Assembly: GCA_038064975.1 (NCBI GenBank)
Contig: JBBTRX010000007.1
Span: 1 to 57,025 of the forward strand
Direction of reading: 5' to 3'
DNA length: 57,025 bases
DNA from: Patescibacteria group bacterium
Lineage (GTDB): Bacteria > Patescibacteriota > Minisyncoccia > UBA6257 > 1-14-0-10-40-38
Within the stretch, counting starts at the first letter, position 1. Each line of letters begins with the position of its first letter. Position numbers and translations under genes: made by a program. The notes below the pieces were generated by a model, which did no database searches, was not told the DNA's origin, and saw nothing but the letters and a program-made list of their open reading frames with translations. Positions 18,499 to 28,004 of the stretch are shown in pieces.

Positions 18499-20298
18499 CT
18501 ATCGTTTGAGAAGTTCTTTAAAAATACTGGCGGGAATTTTTACCTGACTACTCGTTCCCCGCTCTTCCAGCCGCTTTTTGCCCCGCTGTTGTTTCTTCCA
18601 CAACTTCATTTTTCGAGTACGATCTCCTCCGTAGAGATACCCTGTTACGTCCTTGCGGATCGCGGGGATGGTTTCACGGGCAATAATACGTCCCCGTGCG
18701 CTCGCCTGCAATGCCTGCTGGAATTGTTGGCGCGGGAGTAATTCTTTTAACTTTTCCACCGTCGCTCTGCCTTCCCGCTGGATATCGTCATCCGGAATAA
18801 TGCGCGTAAGGCCGGGAATGACCTGTTCCGCGACTAAAATCTCCATCTTAGAAACATGCGCAGGAATAAATCCGGAGAGTTCATAGCTGAACGATGCAAA
18901 CCCTTCTGATGCGGATTTTAATTTGTCATCCAAATCGCTTACCAAATCTGCGAGCGGAATCTTCGCCGTAATCAGCGTTTTTTGCCCAGCGGATTTAACC
19001 TCAAGACCGGAGAAGCGAAAAATATTTGAAAGTTGTAAAATTGCGCCGAGATATTCGGGCGGAGTCACAATTTCAATATCTGTTACTGGCTCTAATACTT
19101 CCCGATATTCATCGGGAAAATCTTTGGGATTCGTGATCGTAATCCACTCGTCTGCGTTTTTTTTAATTTTATACGCTACTGACGGAAAACTATGAACTGT
19201 TTCCACATGAAATTCCTGTTCAAGGCGCGCTGCCGTTATTTCAAAATGCAGACGGCCTAAAAATCCTCCCTTATATCCGCGCCCTAAAATTTCGCTTGTA
19301 TCCGGTTCAAACGTAAGAGCAGAATCCGTGAGACGAAGTGCAGAGAGCGCCTGTCGAAGCGTATCGTAATCACCCGCGTCTTCCGGATAAAAAGAAACGA
19401 AAACGACAGGATTCGGTTCGCGATATCCAGGTAACGGATCAATATGGAGAAAGCGATCGGCATGAACAGTAAGCGTGTCTCCGATTTTTACTGCATCAGC
19501 ATCTTTAATACCCGTTGCCACATATCCAATCATCCCTTCTTCCAGCACGGACTCCGTTTTCATTTGGGGGGCAAAAAAACCAACTTCTTTTATTTTAAAT
19601 GACGATCCGGTCGCTAAAAACTTCGCAGTCTCTTGAGGTCTGAACGATCCTTCAAAAACGCGAGCAAAGGCAATAACTCCCTTATGGTCGTCGTAGAGAG
19701 AATCAAAAATAAGTGCACGAGGCGGAGCATTTTCTTTACCCTCTCGCGGCGGCGGAACGGTGCGCACGATTGCTTCCAAAAGTTCGGGAACTCCATCTCC
19801 GGTTTTTCCCGAAACGCTCATAATGTCTTTCTCGCTCGCGCCAATAAGCTCTGCAATATCATGTCGAGCAGTTGCAACCTGATCGGCGTCGGCAACGTCA
19901 ACTTTATTTACCGCTCCAACGATAAAAAGGCCTGCGCGTTTTGCATTTTCATAATTTGCGAGCGTCTGTGCCTGAATCCCCTGCGTCGCGTCAACCAATA
20001 ATACCGCTCCTTCAACCGCCATAAGCGCACGGGAAACTTCGTAACCGAAATCAGAATGCCCGGGGGTATCTATTAGATTTAGGGTATAGGGTATAGCGTC
20101 TAGGGTATAGCGCATACGGACCGGCGCCATTTTAATCGTAATACCGCGCTCACGCTCTAAATCAAGCTGATCTAAATACTGCGGCTTCATAAGCCGTTTA
20201 TCCACCGTTCCGGTCGCCTCTAATAACCGATCTGCAAGCGTGGATTTGCCGTGATCGATGTGAGCTATGATTACAAAATTTCGTATTAAATGCTTCAT
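18499..20298 (-). CDS. lepA: Elongation factor 4
   Basis: 'IAHIDHGKSTLADRL', 'RERGITIK', 'YGGDRTRKMKL'. Confidence 0.97.
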   Translation of the reverse strand: MKHLIRNFVIIAHIDHGKSTLADRLLEATGTVDKRLMKPQYLDQLDLERERGITIKMAPVRMRYTLDAIPYTLNLIDTPGHSDFGYEVSRALMAVEGAVLLVDATQGIQAQTLANYENAKRAGLFIVGAVNKVDVADADQVATARHDIAELIGASEKDIMSVSGKTGDGVPELLEAIVRTVPPPREGKENAPPRALIFDSLYDDHKGVIAFARVFEGSFRPQETAKFLATGSSFKIKEVGFFAPQMKTESVLEEGMIGYVATGIKDADAVKIGDTLTVHADRFLHIDPLPGYREPNPVVFVSFYPEDAGDYDTLRQALSALRLTDSALTFEPDTSEILGRGYKGGFLGRLHFEITAARLEQEFHVETVHSFPSVAYKIKKNADEWITITNPKDFPDEYREVLEPVTDIEIVTPPEYLGAILQLSNIFRFSGLEVKSAGQKTLITAKIPLADLVSDLDDKLKSASEGFASFSYELSGFIPAHVSKMEILVAEQVIPGLTRIIPDDDIQREGRATVEKLKELLPRQQFQQALQASARGRIIARETIPAIRKDVTGYLYGGDRTRKMKLWKKQQRGKKRLEERGTSSQVKIPASIFKELLKR

Positions 20299-20339
20299 GT
20301 GAGGAACACTCTACTCTACCCCGTAAGCAAACGGAAGGG

Positions 20340-20501
20340 CAAACAAAAATCCCCCGATTATCGGAGGGTCTTTAGAATCCCGCTTGTACGAGTTCCTGGA
20401 ATGTTTCCAGGTGGGTGGGCTCGGCAAGAACTCCACGGAGCTCTGCAATTCGCCCTCCCTGTCAAGAGTTTTTGATCCGGAACTCTTGAAGCGGGACGTA
20501 G
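20340..20501 (-). ncRNA. ssrS: Probable 6S RNA
   Basis: TTGAAT-17-TATAAT promoter (20532-20504). Rod structure: tcccgctt-caa-gagttcc / ggaactc-gtac-aagcggga closing stem, central bubble, gggagggc/gcccaccc apical stem. Terminator follows. Confidence 0.6.
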
Positions 20502-20637
20502 TAATTATAAAAGAGCGCTCTAAAAAATTCAAGTTTGAAGACGACCCTCCTTTGCATAAAGCTTCGGAGGGTATCCGCTTGAGGCGGATAAAAAAACCAA
20601 TGCATGCGAAATGCATTGGTGGTTGAGGGTAGAGAAT

Positions 20638-20928
20638 CTACACAGTTTGAGGCAACTCTACTCTCGTGCGAGGTTTTTCATAAACTTCATTCCAAGAAAA
20701 CGATCCAATTGTAACATTCTCACGAAGCTCGTACGTCTCGTATCTGGAATGCTGTCCGGAACGAACGAACTGGGGCAATTCCTCAAATGCCCCATCTTCG
20801 TCTGCGGCCTCCAAGACTCCAAGCACTGTTCGCTCCTCGCCCCGAACGCCCACGACAATGAAAGGTTTGTAGGCCAGCGCGCTGACCAGTACTTTGGCTC
20901 TCTCGTCCTCCTTAGTCGCACCACTCAT
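20638..20928 (-). CDS. Hypothetical protein (96 aa, MSGATKEDER...)
   Basis: GGAGGAGGA RBS before ATG 20928; accaatgcat...atgcattggt-T tract terminator at ~20596-20620. Confidence 0.65.
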   Translation of the reverse strand: MSGATKEDERAKVLVSALAYKPFIVVGVRGEERTVLGVLEAADEDGAFEELPQFVRSGQHSRYETYELRENVTIGSFSWNEVYEKPRTRVELPQTV

Positions 20929-20988
20929 AGTGTATCCTCCTCCGGTGTTCTTAAGACCCAGAAAATCAGAGTACCACAAACTTACTAT

Positions 20989-21474
20989 TTACACAAGTTC
21001 GTCCGAGCTGTGGAGAAGATCGAAGTTGATTTTCTTATATGCAAAAAGTTCTTCGGATGTAAAGAAGCGAGCTACTTCTTCTTCTGGATTTTCTGCCGCG
21101 TCCGACGCATGGACAAGATTGGATTGCATACTCATACCAAAATCTCCACGAATCGTCCCCGGTGCTGCTTCATACCCTTTAGTAGAGCCAACGAGCGTGC
21201 GCACCACCGAAACAGCCCGGAGTCCGGAAAGAGCAATCGCTACAATCGGCGAAGACGCCATATATTTTTTCAATCCTTCAAAAAACGGCTTGTCAGCATA
21301 TTTGCCGTAGTGCGCCATCGCGAGCACATCGTCCATCTGCATCATTTTAAGACCAATGACTTTTAATCCCTTGCGTTCAAAGCGATGTAAAATCTCGCCC
21401 AAAAGTGCGCGCTGGAGAGCATCTGGTTTGATAAGTACTAATGTTTTTTCTTCTTTTGGATGGTTGCCGTTCAT
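20989..21474 (-). CDS. ndk: Nucleoside diphosphate kinase
   Basis: 'TLVLIKPD', 'PGTIRGDF', 'NLVHASD'. Confidence 0.97.
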   Translation of the reverse strand: MNGNHPKEEKTLVLIKPDALQRALLGEILHRFERKGLKVIGLKMMQMDDVLAMAHYGKYADKPFFEGLKKYMASSPIVAIALSGLRAVSVVRTLVGSTKGYEAAPGTIRGDFGMSMQSNLVHASDAAENPEEEVARFFTSEELFAYKKINFDLLHSSDELV

Positions 21475-21476
21475 AG

Positions 21477-22871
21477 TTATTTCTTTTCTTTCGTTACATT
21501 CAATCTCAATTCTTTGAGTTGCGCCTCATCTACTTCTGACGGAGCATCCATAACGGAAGTTCTGCCCGAACTTGTTTGAGGAAATGCCTGGACTTCGCGC
21601 AAATATTGTTCTCCTGTGAGTATCATCATCATTCGCTCAACGCCGTGTGCAATGCCGCCATGCGGAGGTGCTCCATGAGAAAGCGCAGTTATCATATGCC
21701 CAAATTCCCGATCAATATGCTCATCCGAATATCCTAATATCCTAAATGTTGCGCGAAGCATTTCTGGATTATGAGCACGAATACTTCCTCCGCCTACTTC
21801 ATACCCATTACATACCAAATCATATTGAGACGTTAAAATCTCGCCTATATTCTCGCCTCTCATAAGCCACTCAATATGTTCTGGCTTGGGATGTGAAAAT
21901 GGATTGTGCGTAAACGTCCATTTACCCTCTTTGTCTTTTTCAAAAAATGGGAAATCAGTAACCCAGGCGAAGGCGAGTGTTCCGTCCTTTTTTTCTTCTT
22001 CAGTCCGCAAATCAAACTTATCCGCGCCGAACTTTTCCATCGCTTCAGCATAAGTAAACACGGGGAATTGTTTGTCCTTAAGCTTATGTCCCATGTCAGT
22101 AACAACGGTTTTTACCATTGCCTCATCAAGGGCCATAACTTCTTCGCGAACCGCGAAACTCATTTCTAAATCAATTTGCGTATGTTCAAAACCACGATCC
22201 GCGCGCAAATCTTCATCGCGCACGCAACGGGCAATTTGAAAATACCGCTCAAAACCAGCCACCATGAGGAGCTGTTTATATTGCTGAGGGCTTTGCGGAA
22301 GGGCAAAAAACTTTCCCGGATATACGCGTGAGGGAACCAAAAAGTCGCGAGACCCTTCGGGTGTTGATTTCGTAAGGATCGGTGTTTCTATTTCTTTAAA
22401 GTCCTTGTCAAATAAAAATTGACGGATGCGATTAACAAATTCCGAGCGAAGACGCATATTGTTCTGCAAACGTTCGCGGCGCAAATCCAGATAGCGATAT
22501 TTAAGTCGAAGCTCCTCGTCAATTTCATGACCATCAGTATCCAGTGGAAACGGAGGAGTCTCAGCTTTGTTTATAACTTCAAGATAATTTGCTTGCAATT
22601 CAACTTTACCGCTCGTAATGCCTGGATTCCACATTTTTTCCGGTCTTGCCGCAACGACACCTCTAATCTTCACCACCCATTCAGGACGGAGTGTGGTCGC
22701 CGTTTCATATACTTCCTTTATTTGGGGAGTAAAAACTACCTGTGCGATACCCGTCCGATCCCGTAAATCAATAAAAATAATTTTGCCATGATCGCGGCGC
22801 GCATGCACCCAGCCGGACATTTCTAATTCCTGACCCTCAAGATGTGCGATTTCTCTCGTTAAAATTCTCAT
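21477..22871 (-). CDS. aspS: Aspartate--tRNA ligase (compact, no GAD insert; probably non-discriminating)
   Basis: OB fold 'RRDHG', 'LPQSPQQYKQ', 'GGGSIR', 'GAPPHGGIAHG'. Confidence 0.92.
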   Translation of the reverse strand: MRILTREIAHLEGQELEMSGWVHARRDHGKIIFIDLRDRTGIAQVVFTPQIKEVYETATTLRPEWVVKIRGVVAARPEKMWNPGITSGKVELQANYLEVINKAETPPFPLDTDGHEIDEELRLKYRYLDLRRERLQNNMRLRSEFVNRIRQFLFDKDFKEIETPILTKSTPEGSRDFLVPSRVYPGKFFALPQSPQQYKQLLMVAGFERYFQIARCVRDEDLRADRGFEHTQIDLEMSFAVREEVMALDEAMVKTVVTDMGHKLKDKQFPVFTYAEAMEKFGADKFDLRTEEEKKDGTLAFAWVTDFPFFEKDKEGKWTFTHNPFSHPKPEHIEWLMRGENIGEILTSQYDLVCNGYEVGGGSIRAHNPEMLRATFRILGYSDEHIDREFGHMITALSHGAPPHGGIAHGVERMMMILTGEQYLREVQAFPQTSSGRTSVMDAPSEVDEAQLKELRLNVTKEKK

Positions 22872-22918
22872 AAGAATAAAGAAACTGTATCACAAGGCGA
22901 TGAATAAAAAAATGGCCA

Positions 22919-23242
22919 GTGACCGAAGAATTACTTCGATCACTGGCACTATGGTGCCCGGAGTTCCCCCCCGGAAAACTGGAGGCACCGGCCTCCTCGC
23001 CGAACCTGCTCTCCGACGAAAAGGTATATTTGGGGCGTTATCTGATTCGACACACAGCTACGAGTGCATATCAAGAACCAGCTTCAGGACCTGCTACGAA
23101 ACGGCCAGTTCGCATCGTACGGCGCCCCGAGAAACGACGAAGTCCACCTATCGTTTTTCACCTGACCTTTAGAGGATACGGAGCCCCTCATAAGGTTTTA
23201 ACGATCCTCTTTGGTCGTCCAGAACCACCCGAAGCGACCTAA
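22919..23242 (+). CDS. Possible Pro-rich hypothetical protein
   Basis: Fills the aspS-comEC gap; no clear RBS, and a competing frame exists (22900..23172). Confidence 0.3.
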   Translation: MTEELLRSLALWCPEFPPGKLEAPASSPNLLSDEKVYLGRYLIRHTATSAYQEPASGPATKRPVRIVRRPEKRRSPPIVFHLTFRGYGAPHKVLTILFGRPEPPEAT

Positions 23243-23282
23243 GAGAACTTACGAGAAGTGTATCATATTCCATTCTTATTCT

Positions 23283-24119
23283 TCAATCGTTGTGTATCCT
23301 GATTTTAATTGTTCCGTTTATGTCAGTACGTACAATATTCTCTGCAAATACATTAATGCGATCAAGCGCCTCCTTCGTAGGATGTCCATAATTATTTTTA
23401 CCAACGCTCACTACCGCAAGACGCGGACTTACAGCTTTTAGAAATGCGTTACCAGAAGAAAATTTAGATCCATGATGCGGAACTTTTAATATATCTGACA
23501 CAAGACCAGTCCCCCGTGCTATGAGTTTTTGTTCCATCGCGATGGAAATATCTCCGGTAAAAAGAACTCCAAGCCCATTACCGTCGCTAAAGCGCGTTAC
23601 CACACTCGCGTCGTTTGGATCTTTTGGAAAAAATCCCTGCACAGGATTAAGAATGGCAAAATCATAATTTTTATACCGGATAGCATCTCCCGTATTGATT
23701 TGGATGTAGGGAATTTTTTTATCGTGAAGTGCGGAGACAAGTTCATGATATATATTACTCTCTCCGGGAATACCGTTGCCAACAAATGCCCCTACATCAT
23801 ACTCACTCACAACATCAAGAAATCCTCCAAAATGATCTGCTTGCGGATGACTCATCATGACCATATCAATATATCTGTCTCCCTGAGGGAGAATCTCTTG
23901 GATGCGCCTCAGTGCTAAACCGTTGCGCGGGCCCCCATCAATAAGTATTTGTACATTACCAGGGAGCGTGAGAAGGGACGCATCACCTTGTCCTACGTCA
24001 AGGAAAAAGAGCGATGACGTGTCATAGAGTCCCACGCTTCGCGCCACGGAAAACCAAACAATACTATTCGCAATTACTATAACCGCTATCACGAAGACTA
24101 TCCCTTTATTACTCGCCAT
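23283..24119 (-). CDS. ComEC-type MBL-fold hydrolase domain protein
   Basis: 'FLDVGQGD', 'SHPQADH', 'LFTGD', 'KVPHHGS', 'NNYGHP'. Confidence 0.9.
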   Translation of the reverse strand: MASNKGIVFVIAVIVIANSIVWFSVARSVGLYDTSSLFFLDVGQGDASLLTLPGNVQILIDGGPRNGLALRRIQEILPQGDRYIDMVMMSHPQADHFGGFLDVVSEYDVGAFVGNGIPGESNIYHELVSALHDKKIPYIQINTGDAIRYKNYDFAILNPVQGFFPKDPNDASVVTRFSDGNGLGVLFTGDISIAMEQKLIARGTGLVSDILKVPHHGSKFSSGNAFLKAVSPRLAVVSVGKNNYGHPTKEALDRINVFAENIVRTDINGTIKIRIHND

Positions 24120-25531
24120 ATGTTCTTCTTAATATAATGCACCCCGATTATGCCGGCTATAAGCGCCACCGCAAGGAGTATTCCGATACTATTTACCGAT
24201 ATGCCAAATGAAAAAGATGACGTGAATTCAATAATAGTAATAGCGTAACCGGAAAAGATATGAGTAATGAGCCCGATTGCTTGCGCAAAATATAACGAAA
24301 AGATTGAAGCGCAAAGCATAAGAAATCCGAAAAACATCGTAATAGGAATAATCGGCAATACGAGCATGTTGGTAATAACGGAAGTAAGTGAAACGAAATC
24401 AAAACGGAGCAATAATAACGGAAATACCGCCGCCTGCGCGGCAATCGTGTTTAAAAGGTTTTCCCGCCAGTGCAGAAATCCCGACTCTTCTTTAAATCGC
24501 AAAAATGTTTCAAGGCGCGGAGCGAGATATGCAATTCCAAAAACCGCTAGGAAGGAAAGCTGAAACCCAATATCGTATACAAGGATAAAAGGATTCTGTG
24601 CCACCATAACGAATGCAGAAACTGCGAGGGTATTCCGCAAGCTATAGGGACGGTCAACGACGTTCGCGAGCAAGAGTATGCCACCCATAATAGCTGCCCG
24701 CACTACGGATGCGGCAGCTCCCGTCATTATGACGAAAAGTGTTATCGCCGTAATTGCAACAATAAAACGCCATTTTCTTTTCAGAAAAAATCCTGCGATA
24801 AAAAGAATGCCGCCGGCAATGATCGTGATGTTATATCCAGAGAGAGCGATGAGATGTGTTGTGCCTGTACGTTTTAGCGCATCTTTAAATTCTTTACTCA
24901 TCGCTGCAGTTTCTCCGAAGAGAAGGCCGGAAACAAACGCTGCATGCTCTACCGGCAAGGCACGAGAAAGTACTTGCTCACTCGCGTGTTTTATCCTAAA
25001 TAATTTTTCTTTTATCGCATTCCCTTCATGCTCGCGAATGCGCACTACGGAAACTCTCGTACCCACACCGTACACGCCGTCTTTTTTGAGATATCCCGCG
25101 AATCCCCCCTCCGGAACAAGTACGGTACCTGTTAGTATTACCTTGTCTCCATACTTCATTTCCGGATACCGAGGAATCTTCGCGTATATTTTCCCCCGAT
25201 ATGCACCATCCACTTCTACAATAACAGTTTGATTTTCTCTCGCGTACGCGATGTCCTGTATAACGCCCGTCATTTCAACAGGTATGTCATAGGGGATGGT
25301 AAATCCGCTATTTCGCATTTCATATCCTTGAGCATACAATCCTCCCAAAATAATAATTCCCGCGAGCATCGCGAGTACTTTCTTATTCCAGAGATAAAAA
25401 ACGGCGCCCGTAAGTAACGCTATCGCAAACAGTACGACGATGCCATGCATGGATTGCGGAAGCATAGTCTGCACCGCAACACCTCCGAGGAAAAACACAA
25501 TAAAATAGAAAGCTCGATTATGGAGATGCAT
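24098..25531 (-). CDS. comEC: ComEC/Rec2 competence membrane protein (split from its MBL domain)
   Basis: 'GTTHLIALSGYN', 'SVVRAAIM', 'GFQLSF'. Confidence 0.93.
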   Translation of the reverse strand: MHLHNRAFYFIVFFLGGVAVQTMLPQSMHGIVVLFAIALLTGAVFYLWNKKVLAMLAGIIILGGLYAQGYEMRNSGFTIPYDIPVEMTGVIQDIAYARENQTVIVEVDGAYRGKIYAKIPRYPEMKYGDKVILTGTVLVPEGGFAGYLKKDGVYGVGTRVSVVRIREHEGNAIKEKLFRIKHASEQVLSRALPVEHAAFVSGLLFGETAAMSKEFKDALKRTGTTHLIALSGYNITIIAGGILFIAGFFLKRKWRFIVAITAITLFVIMTGAAASVVRAAIMGGILLLANVVDRPYSLRNTLAVSAFVMVAQNPFILVYDIGFQLSFLAVFGIAYLAPRLETFLRFKEESGFLHWRENLLNTIAAQAAVFPLLLLRFDFVSLTSVITNMLVLPIIPITMFFGFLMLCASIFSLYFAQAIGLITHIFSGYAITIIEFTSSFSFGISVNSIGILLAVALIAGIIGVHYIKKNIWRVIKG

Positions 25532-25629
25532 GACAGTTAAACAGTTGATCAGTTAATGAGTTGAATAGTTCACTTCAACATTCGAGCATTACAACATTAA
25601 TCATGGTTTTAGTATAAAACGAGACCATA

Positions 25630-25960
25630 AAAAAACCGAGTACATCACGTACTCGGTAGAGACATGCCTTTCTCCTAGACAGAGAGACGCTCTCCTTTGC
25701 CGTAACACTTCATACGACGAACAGCGCGCGGATGCAACGAATCTCTTGGAAAACCACGAGGCCCTTGCGTATGCGAGCGAAACCAACCAGGAGCTGGATG
25801 GCGAAGCTCATCCATCCGAAGCCACGTTATTTGATACCCCCCAAAGATTCCATGGGTGGGATCACAAAATCCGATAATGAGCAGAAGTTGAACAGGACGC
25901 TCTTTCACGGAAGCTCTCTTTCTTTTGACGAGTCACCAGGAAGAAACAGTCCAGTTTTTT
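25630..25960 (-). other. Terminated unit: either a 77-aa ORF (25675..25908) or a structured RNA
   Basis: accgagtac-gtgat-gtactcggt-T terminator; weak GTG start; possible long-range pairing agagag/ctctct. Confidence 0.35.
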
Positions 25961-25977
25961 ATATTAACAATCTCTTC

Positions 25978-26085
25978 TGAAAAAGAAAAGAACCCGACAC
26001 CCCTTGCGGGATGCCGGGCAACTCTCTTGGACGAGAGTTTAGCTTCGTACAGCGAAGGAGGAGCCAAGACTGCACGAAGTGTTCC
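25978..26085 (-). ncRNA. Candidate ~105-nt three-hairpin sRNA with anti-Shine-Dalgarno loop
   Basis: cttcgtgcag-[tcttggCTCCTCCTTcg]-ctgtacgaag; aactctc/gagagtt; cccggcatccc/gggtgtcggg-T terminator; TTGACT -35 upstream with a weak -10. Confidence 0.55.
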
Positions 26086-26124
26086 TATACTTTCGCATAT
26101 TTTTACAAATAGTCAATCCCTTAT

Positions 26125-26651
26125 AAAAGAAGAGGCCCGACGTCGTGAGACGTCGGGCCAGACAAGTTTTGTTATGCCGAGAAGCGTAGGGTGAGCGCTC
26201 CTCTCCTGTCTATGGCACTTTTTTAAAGAGAGCTTATTCTGGTCTTCTCCTCACCAAAGCGAGGCGAATCCAACGAGAGTCCTTGATTCCACGACTGCTT
26301 ACTCGCCATCCGCCAATGGACACCGCATCGTCAAGATGACAATGGTTGTTGCGAATGAGTATGCGAAGCTTTTTCGTGTTCACCAGGTTCAGCCCTTAGC
26401 ACCTTTCGGCAAATGGAAGCTGCTGACGTAATACGAGGATACTACCTCTTTTCACGCCTCATCGCTCCATCTTTATCTCAACACCCTTGGGGGGTGCATT
26501 GATACGCAGACTTCACGCCTGCACCGTCTAGTCCCTTCAGACTCGTTTTCGGCGATGTTGTCGACCCCTCTATGAAGAGGGCCATCGCCTCAAGTACACC
26601 GTATGTTCCGCCATTGACCCTCGGGTCCAACCGAAAGCCATTGACGTTGCT
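26125..26651 (-). ncRNA. Candidate large (~525 nt) structured ncRNA
   Basis: TTGACA-16-TATAAT promoter with extended TG (26685-26658); terminator 26134-26159; no minus-strand ORF in the track; multiple hairpins. Confidence 0.65.
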
Positions 26652-26742
26652 TTTGTCATTATAGCATACCTATTATTCTTGTCAAGTGCCCCCCTAACTT
26701 TTAGAAGGTTGGGAGGGCAAGCCCCTTTTAAACCCGTAAAAA

Positions 26743-27852
26743 CTAGAGAATTACGCCTCCTCCCAACATTTCACCGGATTTGGCATAAAACACAGCAGAT
26801 TGCCCCTCGGCGATGAATTTTTGCGGAACTGCAAAAATTAGTTTAGCGCGTTGTCCGGCAGGGCCGGATCCGGCTTTGCCGGACAAGTTCGCTTTTGCGA
26901 GCGGTGCGCGATATCGCACTCGAGCGTAGATGGAGGTGGAAGTAGTTAATTGGTGGATGGGATTAATGAAGTGCACGTTCGTAAGTTCAACTTCTTTGCG
27001 ATACAACGCTTTATTATTTTCTCCTTCGGCAACGGTAATGGTATTTGTCGCCATATCTTTACTTGCGACATAGTATGGACTCCCTGGGTGCTCTTTGCCT
27101 GCCTGCACGTTCAAATGGAGACCCTTGCGCTGTCCGATAGTGTAATTAAAAATGCCGTGATGCTCCCCTACAACTTTTCCATCCGTTGCTTTAATAACTC
27201 CAGTTTGCGCAGGAATATATTCACGTAAAAAATCCTGGAGCGTAATCTGTCCTAAAAAACATACACCTTGAGAATCCTTTTTCTCGGCGTTGGGAAGTCT
27301 AAATTTCTTTGCAAGCTTTCTCACTTCTGGTTTCGTATAATTCCCGATTGGAAAAAGACAATGCTTTAACTGTTTCTGTGTAAGCGTCCAAAGAAAATAA
27401 CTTTGATCCTTGTTCTTGTCCTTAGCCTGATACAGTGAATAACCAATCTTTTTATTTTTGAGATTTGAGATTTGAGATTTAATGTAGTGTCCCGTTGCCA
27501 CATAGTCCGCCCCCATTCCGAGTGCGTGTTCTAAAAACAATCCAAACTTTATTTCCTTATTACACATCACATCCGGATTTGGAGTGATGCCCTTCCGGTA
27601 GCCTTCTACCATATATTCAACTACGCGCTTTTTATATTCATCCTCAAAATCTAGTGTATAGAAAGGAATACCAAGCGTTTCCGCCGCACGGCGAGCATCC
27701 TCCGCGTCTCGATCCGCGCACCCGTCTACGTTCCAGCATTTCAAGTGTATACCTACTACGTTATATCCTTGTTTTTTGAGCAATGCGGCGGCTACAGACG
27801 AATCTACTCCTCCGCTCATTCCAACAAAAACTGTTTTTTTCTTGCCTGCCAT
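26743..27852 (-). CDS. mnmA: tRNA 2-thiouridylase MnmA
   Basis: 'MSGGVDSSV', 'TPNPDVMCN', 'ATGHY', 'KDQSYFL', 'DSQGVCF'. Confidence 0.97.
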   Translation of the reverse strand: MAGKKKTVFVGMSGGVDSSVAAALLKKQGYNVVGIHLKCWNVDGCADRDAEDARRAAETLGIPFYTLDFEDEYKKRVVEYMVEGYRKGITPNPDVMCNKEIKFGLFLEHALGMGADYVATGHYIKSQISNLKNKKIGYSLYQAKDKNKDQSYFLWTLTQKQLKHCLFPIGNYTKPEVRKLAKKFRLPNAEKKDSQGVCFLGQITLQDFLREYIPAQTGVIKATDGKVVGEHHGIFNYTIGQRKGLHLNVQAGKEHPGSPYYVASKDMATNTITVAEGENNKALYRKEVELTNVHFINPIHQLTTSTSIYARVRYRAPLAKANLSGKAGSGPAGQRAKLIFAVPQKFIAEGQSAVFYAKSGEMLGGGVIL

Positions 27853-28004
27853 ATTCCTTGCAAAGCTATCAAAAGAATATTATAATAGCAAGCACAAATT
27901 AGCGGTGGGACAAGTGATAAGTGACATGGAACATGTGCCTGACCACCCCGACGCGGAAATATTTTTGATCTCCTATTATCCATTATTCATCGTCTATTTT
28001 CTCA

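Noticed and set aside
20311-20626. ORFs 20311..20616 (-) and 20384..20626 (+)
   Set aside because: They run through terminators and a promoter; the region is better explained as a 6S-like RNA.
20611-21366. 251-aa plus-strand ORF
   Set aside because: Antisense shadow of ndk and its neighbour, like most short opposite-strand ORFs in the track.
26125-26651. Group I intron, tmRNA or RNase P identity for the large RNA
   Set aside because: A GACTAGACG R-like word is present but with no matching S/P7 partner or host exon. No tRNA-like tmRNA ends and no GAGGAAAGTCC motif.
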